From the NCBI GenBank assembly GCA_000091205.1, contig AP006498.2: DNA of 64,000 bases. One strand, written 5' to 3'. Made by a program: the position numbers and the translations under genes. Origin of the DNA: Cyanidioschyzon merolae (Eukaryota). Of the stretch, positions 43,329 through 54,449 are shown piece after piece; positions within the stretch are counted from its first letter, which is position 1, and each line of letters opens with the position of its first letter. Under the pieces are notes generated by a model. It was not told where the DNA came from. It did no database searches and worked only from the letters and a program-made list of their open reading frames with translations.

Positions 43329-45097
43329 ATCGACACGAGCCTCCTGTACCCGTCACGGGCATCGACCACGTGATGAAGCAAGCGTTGAAGCGCCACAGGG
43401 ACACGCTCGGTAGAAGAGGGTGCGGTGAGCGTATCGGAACACCTGACCACAGCCAAGTGGCGTTGATGTGAAGGGCGCACAGCTGCTGTATGCAGAGGAA
43501 AAGATGCAACTGTCGAGCGAGGCGTAGATCGCAACCTCCCTCGGTGCTTCAAATGAATCAGCAATGAATGGAAGCATTCGAAATGATGGCTTGAGTGCTG
43601 CCATCATCATCGTTCAATTGCCGACATCTGAGCTGGAGGGAAAGCAACGACTGACGTATTGAAGGCGTTAGATACGCGTGAGCGAAAATTATCAATCGTA
43701 GGAAAAACCCGCAGAGGCTGATGTGGATGGCGTTGGGATGCTGCCGAAGCGCTAGCGCGAACACCGGTGTTGTCGGGCCCGTTCCGTGTTTTTTTTGCTG
43801 GCTCTCGTGTCGCAGACGCAGTCTGAGAGCCGCAGCGGGGCTTACTTTGGCACTCCGGGTGCTGCAGGAAAATATCGGTTTATAGGGAGGACTAGATCAG
43901 TCATTCAATGCGACTGGCGGCGTAGAGGGCGCGCGCCCGATGTATCCGGATTCGCCCGGGATGCTCCTCGTGGAGTAGAGACCTGGCAACCGGAAAGCCA
44001 CAGATCGTACACTCGGATCAGGGGAATTTGGGTGAGGGTGCCACGGCCTGTGGATTCGGCGGCGAGAAGCCTAGGTTCATGGGGGCTCGAGTAAAACGGC
44101 TACCGGCCTGTTTGACGAGTCGGACACGGAGTGGTCTTCCTTCAATCACCATCATCATCGGGGCGATATCCTGCAGTCTCTATGCTCGTATCTCGATTCT
44201 TATTCGCAGGATGCATCTGACTCCAACGGGGCGCGTGACCCTGAATGTTTCTCTGTTACAGAGTCTTCGAAAGAGATCCGTGGGCCTTACAACGTGCCCG
44301 ACTGCAGCGCATACCCGAGCTCTGTTTCCGTACGCGTCCCCGATGCACCAAGTGGCGCAATACTCTCGAAAGTGCTCGTGTGAGCGCAGCCCGAACATCA
44401 CAGAGCGAGAGACCTTTACGGAGCAATGGTGTCCAAGTTCCCTATCTGTGATATGTTACAATAGAAAACCTACACCGCGGCCGAAGAAGTGCTTGTCAGT
44501 CTGTGTTTCTGTGAACGCTGCCCCCCAGCCGTGACAACCAGAGACCGTGGCGTTGCTTTCCTCTTCTCCTAGCGTTAAGCGCGCCTCTTCGACAGTCATC
44601 TTCCGAGTTCGGTTCTCGCGACAATCAGCTCAAAGCAGACGCGCTGAGGCAGCCTTCTCAGGCACCGCGCTGCGCAACGACCCAGCACCGCTCCGCCAGG
44701 GGTTCACCAACTGCCAGTCCGGGACAGGAACTCGTCGGACCCCAACGTTCCATCTGCAAGCTTCTAAACTGACCCTCCAAAGTCCCTGTGGGACACCACA
44801 GAACACATTTCAGTGCCTGTACCAAACCTGGAAGCAGAGCTGCCTACTAGGGCTGTAGGTCATCGTGCTTGACAGAAGCTGATGACGTGTCGCCCCCAGA
44901 TGCATTCCCGACGGACAGCTGGCGGATGCGCTCGATCCATGCCGCCGGCGCCTGTTGCTTACGTGGCTTCAGGCATGGCATCAGGCTGTCGTGCAGCGGC
45001 GACACTTTTTCAGATCTTCATTGTTGTTTTTCATTGCAATTGTTCCAAAGAAAAAGTGAAGTTTTGCATCATCGAATATCTTTTCATTATAAGTGAT

Positions 45098-45568
45098 ATG
45101 AAGCTTTCGAAAGTTTTAGCGCTCGTTGTTTTTGGTCTGTTGATGGTAGTGCAGTGCGCCTGGGCACTGCCGGCTCCAACGTACGCGACGTCAGCGCTCG
45201 TAAGGAACGCGGGACGCACCTCTGTCCCTGTTGTGCTGACGTTTGGTGCAGAGGTATCGTGCTTGGGCTCCAACTCGACGGTCGACGTGAGTAGTATTGG
45301 CTGCTCGCACAATTCTATGAAAATGTCTGCGACAGTGCCTCCGAAAGTCTCGTCTACCATGGGGCCAGTGTCGATTGAATCCGGCAGCACGTCACAGGTT
45401 TGGCCAATAGCGTACATTGTCGTGGGCAGCACACGGGTCCCGATAGGCGAACTTTCCCGTTTCTTTAGCGGGGTTGTTTCCCCGCTGGGGATAGGCATCG
45501 GTGCGCCGGTTTCTGGACAGCGCGTCATCAAGACGGTGAGTGGCATATACTTCTCGGTTCCTACGTAA
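45098..45568 (+). CDS. small secreted protein (hypothetical)
   Basis: MKLSKVLALVVFGLLMVVQCAWALPAP is a classical signal peptide with an AWA cleavage site. The mature ~130 aa S/T/V-rich product has three Cys. Start set at ATG 45098 within the longer track ORF. Confidence 0.35.
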   Translation: MKLSKVLALVVFGLLMVVQCAWALPAPTYATSALVRNAGRTSVPVVLTFGAEVSCLGSNSTVDVSSIGCSHNSMKMSATVPPKVSSTMGPVSIESGSTSQVWPIAYIVVGSTRVPIGELSRFFSGVVSPLGIGIGAPVSGQRVIKTVSGIYFSVPT

Positions 45569-46904
45569 TGCACGAGGACATTGTGCCGTGGGGTGATACC
45601 TGGGGGAAACCGCGGGGCGACCCAAAAAATGGGCAGGTATAGACTCGCAATTCATACTGAGTGCACAGGGTCCAGAACCGCGCGAACAAGTGTGTCTCGG
45701 GGAAGCACGCTCGGTAGATGTACAGCGCCAAGCCATTCCACAGTTTTTGCCGAATAATCAGGAAGTTTCTCTGAATGTTTGCGTAGGTCGGCAGCCTTCA
45801 TGCGAGGTTGTGACTATCGCCGCTATGGAACGTGGACGTAAAGGCGGGATGCAGCACAACACAATGCTTATTCTCTGTATCGACACCGGTTTCGGACCAA
45901 AATGGAATGCTAGCAGCTCGCTCGGCTCCTTTTCTTTGATTTTCTCGAACTCGATTTCAGGTGTACAACCCCGGTAATCCAAGTACAGCAATAGAGACCT
46001 ATGTTTTCGAATTTAGAACTAGGATTCTCGGTCTTGTTTTCAGAGTGGCTCTTTCGATGCCTTGGGGCTGGAATTCGTCTCGCCATTAGCATCAATATCG
46101 TGCGCGACGCTTCCGACAGAGTGTTCGTCGCGGAACCGATACCATCATGCGATTCATATGTACGAGCTTGCACTCTTGTCAGTTCCGTAGGTGCGGCACG
46201 CTAAAATCATGCATTCGTCTGGTTCTCGATCGTTCTATTTCATGGCAACTCGTGGGCGCAGCAACCTCCGCGCCTGGATTGACGAGGAATCAAGTCGGCA
46301 TCGTCCTGTGACGACTGCTTCATCAGCTCATCCCAAGGTCCCATTGAAATTGTCACGTCAAAGAAGCGCTTCTTGCGGAGAGTGTACCACTGCTTTGCTC
46401 GAAGGTTGCGTAGTGGTATCGGATTCCATCGGCTCGGGCTCCAGCCATGGTTCTCCTGCCAGTACCTGTTTCATCACGGAAAACATCACGTTCCACGATC
46501 CCTTATCGATTGGAACTGTGCGCTTGCAGCAGACAGCGTACTCGCCCACAGGATCGTGCAGAAGAAGCACGATATCCCAGGGTACGGCAATGTGCGGAGA
46601 AAAGCAGGGCATTGACGGGAGTTTTCTGTGCGCATCGAGCGCATGCACAGAGCGATGGAGCGCGTCCTCTCGTGCTACAGGGCGGTGCCCGAGATGCAGT
46701 GGACAACATGGCAACTCCTGACAACAGCCAAGCGGTACCGCCGCGAAGGACGCACCGAGTCTGTGTACGAAGAAGATGAAAACGTCAAGAAAAATGTTGA
46801 TCAAAAATGTCCTCTGAGCACACAGTGCGTCAATATTGCCAAGATAATGTTTCGGGACCATAGGCTGTATAGATATTCAGCCACACACGGGCGCCCCTCA
46901 GTCT

Positions 46905-47430
46905 TTTTCGACCGGCCTCCTGCTATCGGTTTCATTTTCTCCCTGCACATTTCGAGTCTGAGAGGTTGTCCAACTAAGCTAGATCACTCGGCTCAGCTCC
47001 TGGGGTCTCGTCTTCTGCACCACACATCCTTTGATATTGATGGTGGCGTTGAAGTCTCGGTACGCGAGCCCCATGCGTTTCCTGCCTCTGGTTGAACTCA
47101 TCAACGCAGGGATTCCCCGAACGCGTGCACTCTTTGTCACTACAGTCTCGTCATCGCCTCGTCGGGCAAACACTTGCTCTCGCTTCTCTCATCTCTTCTT
47201 CTTCGTTCGATGGTCGACGAGCAGAGGGTTTTTCTGATTTTTGTCGAGCCCGGCGAAACCGGGCGATCCAGCATCCCCAGCTGCCATTTCCATACCTTTT
47301 CCTTGGGTTTTTTATTTCTTTGAATCAACGCACTTGGAGCACATCTGCTATAAACCGCGAGAAAGCATTTGATGAGACACTCCCGGGCGTGGAACACACC
47401 TGAGGGAAAAACTGAACGCATCGTACGGGG
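46905..47430 (-). mobile_element. ~0.55 kb non-autonomous Fanzor/TnpB-derived element (family-2 copy)
   Basis: Minus-strand ORF 46979-47173 encodes KRMGLAYRDFNATINIKGCVVQKTRPQE (RuvC-III). Nucleotides 46905-47050 align with the 3' ends of copies B and C (ctgagaggttgtccaac ... cacatcct-tgatattgatgg). The left-end block at 47330-47430 aligns with the 60.5 kb and 11.8 kb copies. Confidence 0.55.
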
Positions 47431-47627
47431 CTCTCATGAGTCATGGAGGCCGCATCGGATCGCGTCGCACGAGAGGCTAGGGCAGGGCGCATGTCCGCTT
47501 CTACCCATTAGATCCATAAATATACACCATGGTATAGTTTGGTCCAGGGGCAATCTTCTGCCACACCGGGTCTCCGCGCACGTCCGCTTCAGATTCATCG
47601 GTTTCCGCTGAGCGTTCCTGTCCCGCA

Positions 47628-49046
47628 ATGACACAGGAGTCGGTGGTCGAAGCGGAAGCCCGGCTCGAGGCCGGACTCGCCGTTTCCGACAAGGTAATGA
47701 ACTTCTCTCTCGGAAAGGCGACAGCTGTACCGTCGTCAAAACACGTCCATACGGCTGCGGTCTCCGCACAGACTGTCGTCGACGACGACGACGAGGACGC
47801 CGACGACGTCACTGCTACGTCCACGTCTGAAAAGGGACCAAAGAAGCCTCATAAAAGACGAGGAAAACGAGGTGGACGGCGAAAAGGTGCCAGTGAGAAC
47901 GGCGGAGGCGACAGCACTGTTGCTTCGTCGCCAGTACCACAGCCGCTTCCGAAGGCGACTTGTAGCACAGAACTCTGTGGCATCTCGCGGCTCTTTCCTG
48001 AGGGCGTCTACCCGGCTGGCGAGGTTCAGGACTATGTCGGAGACCAAGCTTATCGTACAACTCAAGCCGAAGTACGTGAACGGGAACGACTCTCGTTCGA
48101 TATGATTGGAAAAGCGCGAAAAGCAGCTGAGGTCCACCGGCGCGTGCGCACGTACATCCGGCCTCGAATTCAGCCCGGGATACGACTGGTTGATCTTTGT
48201 GAAGAGCTGGAAAACGCTACCCGGACACTCGTTGAGGAAGATGGCTTGGAAGCGGGTATAGCGTTTCCAACAGGTTGCTCGTTGAACCACGTGGCAGCGC
48301 ATTACACCCCGAACCGGGGCGACGACACCCGACTCCAGCACACAGACGTGATGAAACTGGACTTTGGCGTGCATGTGGACGGAATCATTATGGACTGTGC
48401 CTTTACCATTGCGTTTGACGAGCGCTACGAAAAGCTACTAGAAGCTGTGCGTGAAGCGACCAATGCGGGTATTCGAGCAGCAGGGATCGATGTGCGACTC
48501 AGCGAGATGGGTTCCATCATTCAAGAGGTCATGGAGAGCCACGAGATCGAGCTGGACGGCAAAGTGATGCCCATCCGCTCGATCCGTAACCTAAACGGAC
48601 ACAGTATTGACCGGTACCGCATCCACGCGGGTAAGACGGTGCCCATTGTGAAGAGCAGTGTGCCGGGGAAAATGGAGGAAGGCGAATTGTATGCCATTGA
48701 GACGTTTGGTTCTACTGGGCGCGCATACGTCACCGAGAGCGGAGAATGCTCCCATTACATGAAAGTATTCGATGCGTCGCACGTGCCGCTGAGGATGCCG
48801 CGTGCACGCCAGTTATTGAGTACGATCAACCGCCATTTTGGAACGCTGGCTTTCTGTCGTCGCTATCTGGATCGACTCGGTGAGGAGCGATACCTCATGG
48901 CACTGAAGCACTTGTGTGATGTGGGTATCGTGCAGCCGTATCCGCCATTGTGCGATGTGCCGGGTTCTTTGACAGCACAGTTCGAGCACACGATTCTGCT
49001 GCGGCCGACTGGTAAGGAAGTGCTAACTCGCGGCGACGACTTTTGA
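47628..49046 (+). CDS. METAP2: methionine aminopeptidase 2
   Basis: N-terminal poly-acidic/poly-basic block (DDDDEDADD; [16 protein letters not shown]). The catalytic domain matches MetAP2 almost motif-for-motif: [69 protein letters not shown] start verified. Confidence 0.92.
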   Translation: MTQESVVEAEARLEAGLAVSDKVMNFSLGKATAVPSSKHVHTAAVSAQTVVDDDDEDADDVTATSTSEKGPKKPHKRRGKRGGRRKGASENGGGDSTVASSPVPQPLPKATCSTELCGISRLFPEGVYPAGEVQDYVGDQAYRTTQAEVRERERLSFDMIGKARKAAEVHRRVRTYIRPRIQPGIRLVDLCEELENATRTLVEEDGLEAGIAFPTGCSLNHVAAHYTPNRGDDTRLQHTDVMKLDFGVHVDGIIMDCAFTIAFDERYEKLLEAVREATNAGIRAAGIDVRLSEMGSIIQEVMESHEIELDGKVMPIRSIRNLNGHSIDRYRIHAGKTVPIVKSSVPGKMEEGELYAIETFGSTGRAYVTESGECSHYMKVFDASHVPLRMPRARQLLSTINRHFGTLAFCRRYLDRLGEERYLMALKHLCDVGIVQPYPPLCDVPGSLTAQFEHTILLRPTGKEVLTRGDDF

Positions 49047-49243
49047 TGCTGGCACCGAACACCGTTCGCAGTCGGACGATGCCGACCGTGTACAGTAGTG
49101 GCGGCAACCGCGCCCTAGACGAAACGTCTCTAACTGACGTGCAGACGCCGCCCTGCCGTTTTCGACCGGCCACCTACTACTGCTTCCACCTTCTTCTCAT
49201 ATAGTTCGACTTTGAGAGGTTGTCCAACAAAGTTTTCTCTTGT

Positions 49244-51300
49244 CTAGTCTGGAGGTCTCGTCTCCAGCACCGCACATCTCCTGATATTGATGGCGGCATT
49301 AAAGTCTCGGTTCACAAATTCCATACGTTTCTTTCCATCATTGTTCGTACTTACTAATGCGAGTAGTCCACGAACTTTCGCCATCCTTTCCATTTGCTCT
49401 TCCGTCAGCGGTCCATACTTTATTATATCTTCAGGGCTCCTCTGGCACTTGTCCATCTCCACTCTCTGAAGTGTACACCCCAGTTCATGGTGTGCATAGG
49501 ACGATCGGAACTCGTCTACAGGTATCGTAACGAAACGTCTTGCGCACTCCTTGTATACCCTCGTCGTTGGAGCTGGAGTAGTGCCTTTCTTGGGCGCCCA
49601 ACGCCCTGCCCCATACGCTACTACGAGCCTCTGACTTTCATCCTCCTTCAGGGCGCTCAACTGATTGAAAAAGTTCGCGAACGCCCGCTGCTTCCCGCAA
49701 TACAAATTCATTCGCAAACGAGCCCACCGGGGCTTGCTGTACTCTTCCCACAGCGCATCCCAATGGGCGATGCGAACTTCCATGAATGTCCGAAAAGCTC
49801 CAAAGTCCGCTCCTCGGCTAGTCACCTCGCTCAAAGCTTCTAGGTGCTCCTTCATTCCTGAATTCCAAGTCTCGATTTTCTTCCTCGCATTCCTCATTCC
49901 CGATTCTCGATAGTATCTCGCTCTGGAGAACCTCAAAGGACGCATGTCTTTCTGACGCAAGTTACCATCAATGCCATCTTCCGCAAGCTTGGATACAGCG
50001 ATGGATATGATATTTGTGTTTCCGGGGTCCGCACGAACGACAAAGTCGTTATCCTGCACTTCCTGTGTGGCAGGATCCGCCTTCTTCCCATCTTCATGCT
50101 TCGTCGAGGACGGAACTGGACGATCTGTCTTCAAGCGCCTTTAGTGTACACACATGGGTATTCCATCGGTTTCGTCTGAAAGTGAGCAACTTTTGCTTGC
50201 TCACTTTCAGACGTTTGTAATCGAAGATATTCTTCCATTACGTCTGGCGGGTTTCGCCGGAGAACTCTTCCCTGCGAAGATCGAACGCCGGACTGATCTC
50301 AGTCATGATGCCGTAAAGGACGCCGGAGTCGATAGTCACAAAATGTGACTTGATGTTGCCCAACGGAACCACGTTGAAGCGCTTGCCCATTAGGAACGCC
50401 TTCCGTCTCTCCCATTCCTCATTTTTTCCTCACTCAGCTTCATCTCCGCTTTGCGTTCGAGCTCTCGGTCCAAAAACACAAAATACCGTAGGACGAGACG
50501 ATCGTATCTTCCCTTATTTTTTTCAAATCTGATATCTTGTCTGTCGGATTCGCCAGCCCCAAAACTGCACGGTGCACTTGTATAGCCGCACGGATTACAG
50601 AAGCTTCATTCGTGATCTCTTTTGACGCCTTCTTGTCGACGAATTCGATCCCATCTACACGCCGGCGATTGTTCGTGATGCCATTGATAATCGCCCATAT
50701 CCCTTTGGGAGAGATGCCCGGGATAGAGCGCAAATACGGCTCTTATTATGAAACCTTCGAGGTTCACTGTCAAAGGATTCTTCAGATTCGTGAGGTACTT
50801 CATCGCCCCGTAGCTGTAAATATCCCGGTCACCCTTGTATCGAGTACCGCTGAAGCTGTAAAAGGGATGTTTTTCGTGGAGGGCATCCACTAGCACATTT
50901 TCCCTCCGCGCTTCCGCTGTGCCAAGCATCAGGTGTCGAATAAAGGTCTTGCCGAAAAACTCGTCCGGAATCTCCACCGTTTGCATGTGCGTCACGTCGC
51001 GATACATCTCCCGTACCAAATGCATCAGTCCTGACGACGCCTTGACAATACTCTTGGAGTACGAGTCGACGCGGTTTCTGATAGCGTCTCGCAACTTTTC
51101 CCTGTAGGGATCCTTGATATGGCCAAGAAGAAAGGTTTTCACAACCATCTCGTCGTACATTCGTCTTTCTTGCCGCCTTCGACGTAGAGCCTCCACCTTT
51201 CAGTCCTTCTTCTCTTCCTTTTCTTCTGGACTCGGCACAGTTTTTTGTTTTTTTTCTGGCAGCCGGCGACACTGGGCCTCCGGGATCGTCGACTTTTTTT
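49244..51300 (-). pseudogene. Fanzor/TnpB-like nuclease gene of copy B, disrupted
   Basis: The start codon is lost (ctataaaaaaagtcgacg versus ttATGaaaaagcaagtcgacg in copy A). There are several frameshifts in the 5' half. The 3' half (296-aa ORF 49244-50134) has RuvC-I to RuvC-III intact and reads through the position where A and C carry TAA. Confidence 0.7.
50173..50213. repeat. perfect 17-bp inverted repeat with a 7-nt spacer, private to copy B
   Basis: cgtctgaaagtgagcaa-cttttgc-ttgctcactttcagacg. Copies A and C carry a non-palindromic sequence at the same place. Confidence 0.8.
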
Positions 51301-52032
51301 ATAGCTTTCCTTTTTTTTTGGAAAAGAACACTCTTTGGACGCGTCTGTTCGATACTGCGAAAAAAAACTCGACTAGACTTGTTTGAGGGTTGAAACAAAA
51401 ACGAACTGAAAGACTATACTTGCCTATGAAGTTCACGAAAATACAACTTTTACACGAGAGCTAGACGCTAAGGATCACGATTACGTTTCCCTTCAACGGT
51501 GGCATACGCGTCGTGTCTCATGACTGCCCGATCCCCCAGATGCGCTCATCGAGCGCGATGCATGCGCTGCGCGAGACGCCTCACCGATCCATGAAGGACA
51601 CGTGTCCGACACCCCGTCTTGGCACATGCGTGTTCGCATCGCACTGCAGCCAAAATAACGTATCGTAGATCGGAAACGCACGTAGAATGAACTCTTGCTA
51701 TAGGTTCTGTCGCTGGCGCCGACGCTACTGCCCATCGCAGTACCGCCCTGACATACAAGGGGATGCAGGGGCCTGGCACGATACCCCTCGACGCTTCTAT
51801 CAAAAGCGTAGCGTTCTCTGCGGCTTACCGTTGTGTGGTTAAGGTATGCATCACTCTTCTCAATAGGATTTTCGTTAGTTTTATTGATCATAAACAAACA
51901 AGGTACGGTAGGATTCCTGAACACGGATACAGGTTTATTTCCTCTGCTTGTTATGTATGCTGCACGGTCGCTGGAACAGTGTCCGATTGTATGGGTGCTG
52001 CGTATCGAGGCTTGTCGCGCGCTCCAAGCACG

Positions 52033-54414
52033 CTACCACAGTGCGCATACTTTCCGCGGGTGCATGGCGGAGCCGCTGCGGCAACGAAACGCTTCAGCAA
52101 ACTCGGGAAACTGACTCAGAATCCCATTCACTCGGTAGCGATTGGGCGCGTGCACGTCCACCACGAGTCCTTCCATGGCATATTTGGGAGTTTCGTTCTC
52201 ACACCAGGTCTGGGCGAAGGCGACGAAATAGAGCTGCTCGGGTGTCCAGTCTGGCCGGATTCTGCGGGTGAGGTTCCATTCCCGGTGTCGGGCTGCCTCT
52301 GTTAGGTGTTCTTTGACGAGTCGATTATAGGCCGCGTACGCAGTCTTCATGCCTGTGAGATCCGCGAGATTCTCTTGCAGCGTTAAACGTCCGTTGACTG
52401 GTCGTCCATTCACTCGAAAGTGGTCGTAAAGATTTGTCATACATTTGGCCCTACGGTCGTATTCTTGGACGGCTTGAGGGCTCATCCAGTTCGAAAGACG
52501 ACCGTGCGCGTCGTAATGACGTCCGCCTGAGTCGAAGGCATGACCAAGTTCATGACCAATGACGTTCCCAAGTGCACCATAATTCACGGCCTCTGGGTAC
52601 AGCGCCGAATAAAAATTTGGAGCGAAATTCGCCGCTGGGATGTTCATGGAATTCGAGAGCGGGTCGTAGTATGCGTTCACGGTGATTGGGGTCATGTCCC
52701 AGAGACTTGGGTTCCGCGGGCCGCCAATCTGTTTCAAGATCGCATCGTTGCGGAACTGCCGACAGAGAAACACGTCGCCCAGCAAATCAGAGCCGTTGAG
52801 GTGCAGCGTATCGTAGTCCGGCCAGCGATCCGGGTAGCCGATGTTGTTCTGAACCAGACGCAGTTTCTCTAGAGCGGCCCGAAGTGAGCTCCTGCCCAGC
52901 CAGGCTCCATCGTCGCGCTTGAGGATCACCGCAAACTCTTCCTCGATGCTTCGGATTAGCTCTACTGCTTTTCCACGAAGCTCTGGAGAGAAGAAGCGCT
53001 GCACGTAGAGGCGACCAAGATCGTCCCCGATATGCGCATCCGCAAGGGCGAGACACTGACTCGATAGATTCGCAAGTCCCCGTCTACCTTCAACAATCTG
53101 ACCGAAAAAGCGAAAGTGCTCCGCCGCAAGCGACGAGTTGCCGGCTGCTCCCGCCATGGCGTTCAGCACGTGCCAGCGCAAGTACAGAGAGAGTTTTCTG
53201 GTCTCGTTCGAGATAGAGCTCAGTGCGACCATATCACTCAAGCGTTTCAAGAACGGGGGCCATTGCACCACCAATGGAATCGCAGAAGCGTTTTTTCCCG
53301 TTCCTGCAAGGAGGCTCTCAAGATAGTTCGTCCATGGGATCGCCGGGGCCATCTCGTGCTGCAGTGCGGTCAAGTTTGTGGGATTGTAGACGGCCCAGGC
53401 ATCGTCGCCAAGGTCTGCTTCTGCTTCTGAAGCCTTGGCCAACTCAGTTTCCCATTCGACAATGTTCGCTGCTGCCTGCATCGCTTCTGCTTGATCAGTG
53501 CCGCTCAGCGTGAGCATGCGACCTATGTGATTCGAATACTCATCAAGAATATCCTTATAGTATTCATCGAGATAGTAGTCACGCGTTGGCAACCCTAGCC
53601 CTCCTTGTTCAATGGTCAGCACCATTACCTCTGGGTGCATGCCATCCGGCAGCACCTCGTACGAAAAGAACGGTCGTGGGAGATTCCCTCCTGGATCGAC
53701 GACGCTGCGATGCATTTCGCCTAGAATCGCAAATAGCTCTGTGGGATCAGCGATTGTCTCTAACTGCGACAATATGCGTCCAAACCCAGATGCGTTCAAA
53801 AGTTCCGAGCTTGCATCATTTGCCAGTCCGTCTTCTCCGCTGCGCTCGATATCCGCTGCGCTCGGTTGTCCGGCCGCAAAGCACGCGTCAAAAAAGTCGA
53901 CCACACGCTGCTCGCTCGCCGTGCGAGAAACTGCCCGCCCACTGCGCAACGCCTGCACCATGGGCAGCAACGCGTCGCTGCAGCGCTCCTCCATGAGATC
54001 CGAGGTGCCCCACCGTGCTTCATTTGGCGGGATGGGTTGGCTGCGCAGGAAACCTCCGCACGCATAGGCGTAAAAGTCCTCACAGGGGTCTTCCTGCGGG
54101 TTTATAAACGCCCTTATCTCTCTCAGTACGCGGTCCTGGGTCTCGTTCGTCCCCTGGGTGCCGCCTGCACCACCAGGACCAGCGTAGCTCTTATTTCCAC
54201 TTTCTCGAGAGTATGAAATAAATAGAAGCAAGAGAAGCGCCGTCCCTATCGCCACCAGCACCAAAGTGCGACGAACGCGACGCCCGCGCTCTGTCACAGC
54301 TTGTCTCGCGACAGCGGACATATTAGCTCCATCAGAACCAACATCTCGAGATCCTGCTTCTTGATCTAGAGTACCGCGACCAAAGAGCGGTGATCTCTCT
54401 GACGGAACGCTCAT
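52033..54414 (-). CDS. M13 zinc metallopeptidase (neprilysin/endothelin-converting-enzyme family), type II membrane protein
   Basis: Signal-anchor RRTLVLVAIGTALLLLLFISY. Motifs NAYY, VIGHELGHAFD (HExxH), ENLADLTG (ExxxD) and C-terminal CENETPKYAMEGLVVDVHAPNRYRVNG. Start set at ATG 54414. The listed first 38 codons start at TTG and overlap the right end of copy C. Confidence 0.85.
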   Translation of the reverse strand: MSVPSERSPLFGRGTLDQEAGSRDVGSDGANMSAVARQAVTERGRRVRRTLVLVAIGTALLLLLFISYSRESGNKSYAGPGGAGGTQGTNETQDRVLREIRAFINPQEDPCEDFYAYACGGFLRSQPIPPNEARWGTSDLMEERCSDALLPMVQALRSGRAVSRTASEQRVVDFFDACFAAGQPSAADIERSGEDGLANDASSELLNASGFGRILSQLETIADPTELFAILGEMHRSVVDPGGNLPRPFFSYEVLPDGMHPEVMVLTIEQGGLGLPTRDYYLDEYYKDILDEYSNHIGRMLTLSGTDQAEAMQAAANIVEWETELAKASEAEADLGDDAWAVYNPTNLTALQHEMAPAIPWTNYLESLLAGTGKNASAIPLVVQWPPFLKRLSDMVALSSISNETRKLSLYLRWHVLNAMAGAAGNSSLAAEHFRFFGQIVEGRRGLANLSSQCLALADAHIGDDLGRLYVQRFFSPELRGKAVELIRSIEEEFAVILKRDDGAWLGRSSLRAALEKLRLVQNNIGYPDRWPDYDTLHLNGSDLLGDVFLCRQFRNDAILKQIGGPRNPSLWDMTPITVNAYYDPLSNSMNIPAANFAPNFYSALYPEAVNYGALGNVIGHELGHAFDSGGRHYDAHGRLSNWMSPQAVQEYDRRAKCMTNLYDHFRVNGRPVNGRLTLQENLADLTGMKTAYAAYNRLVKEHLTEAARHREWNLTRRIRPDWTPEQLYFVAFAQTWCENETPKYAMEGLVVDVHAPNRYRVNGILSQFPEFAEAFRCRSGSAMHPRKVCALW

Positions 54415-54449
54415 GACACTCTGGAAACCTCGTTCGCCACGGTAGCACC

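Larger units (their letters stand above)
49055..51525 (-). mobile_element. Fanzor/TnpB-like transposon, copy B (~2.46 kb)
   Basis: About 90% identical to copies A and C over its full length. Its right end lies ~17 bp downstream of the MetAP2 stop. It carries the 3' tail and the left-end block (ccgttgaagggaaacg ... gtaaaagttgtattttcg). Confidence 0.8.
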
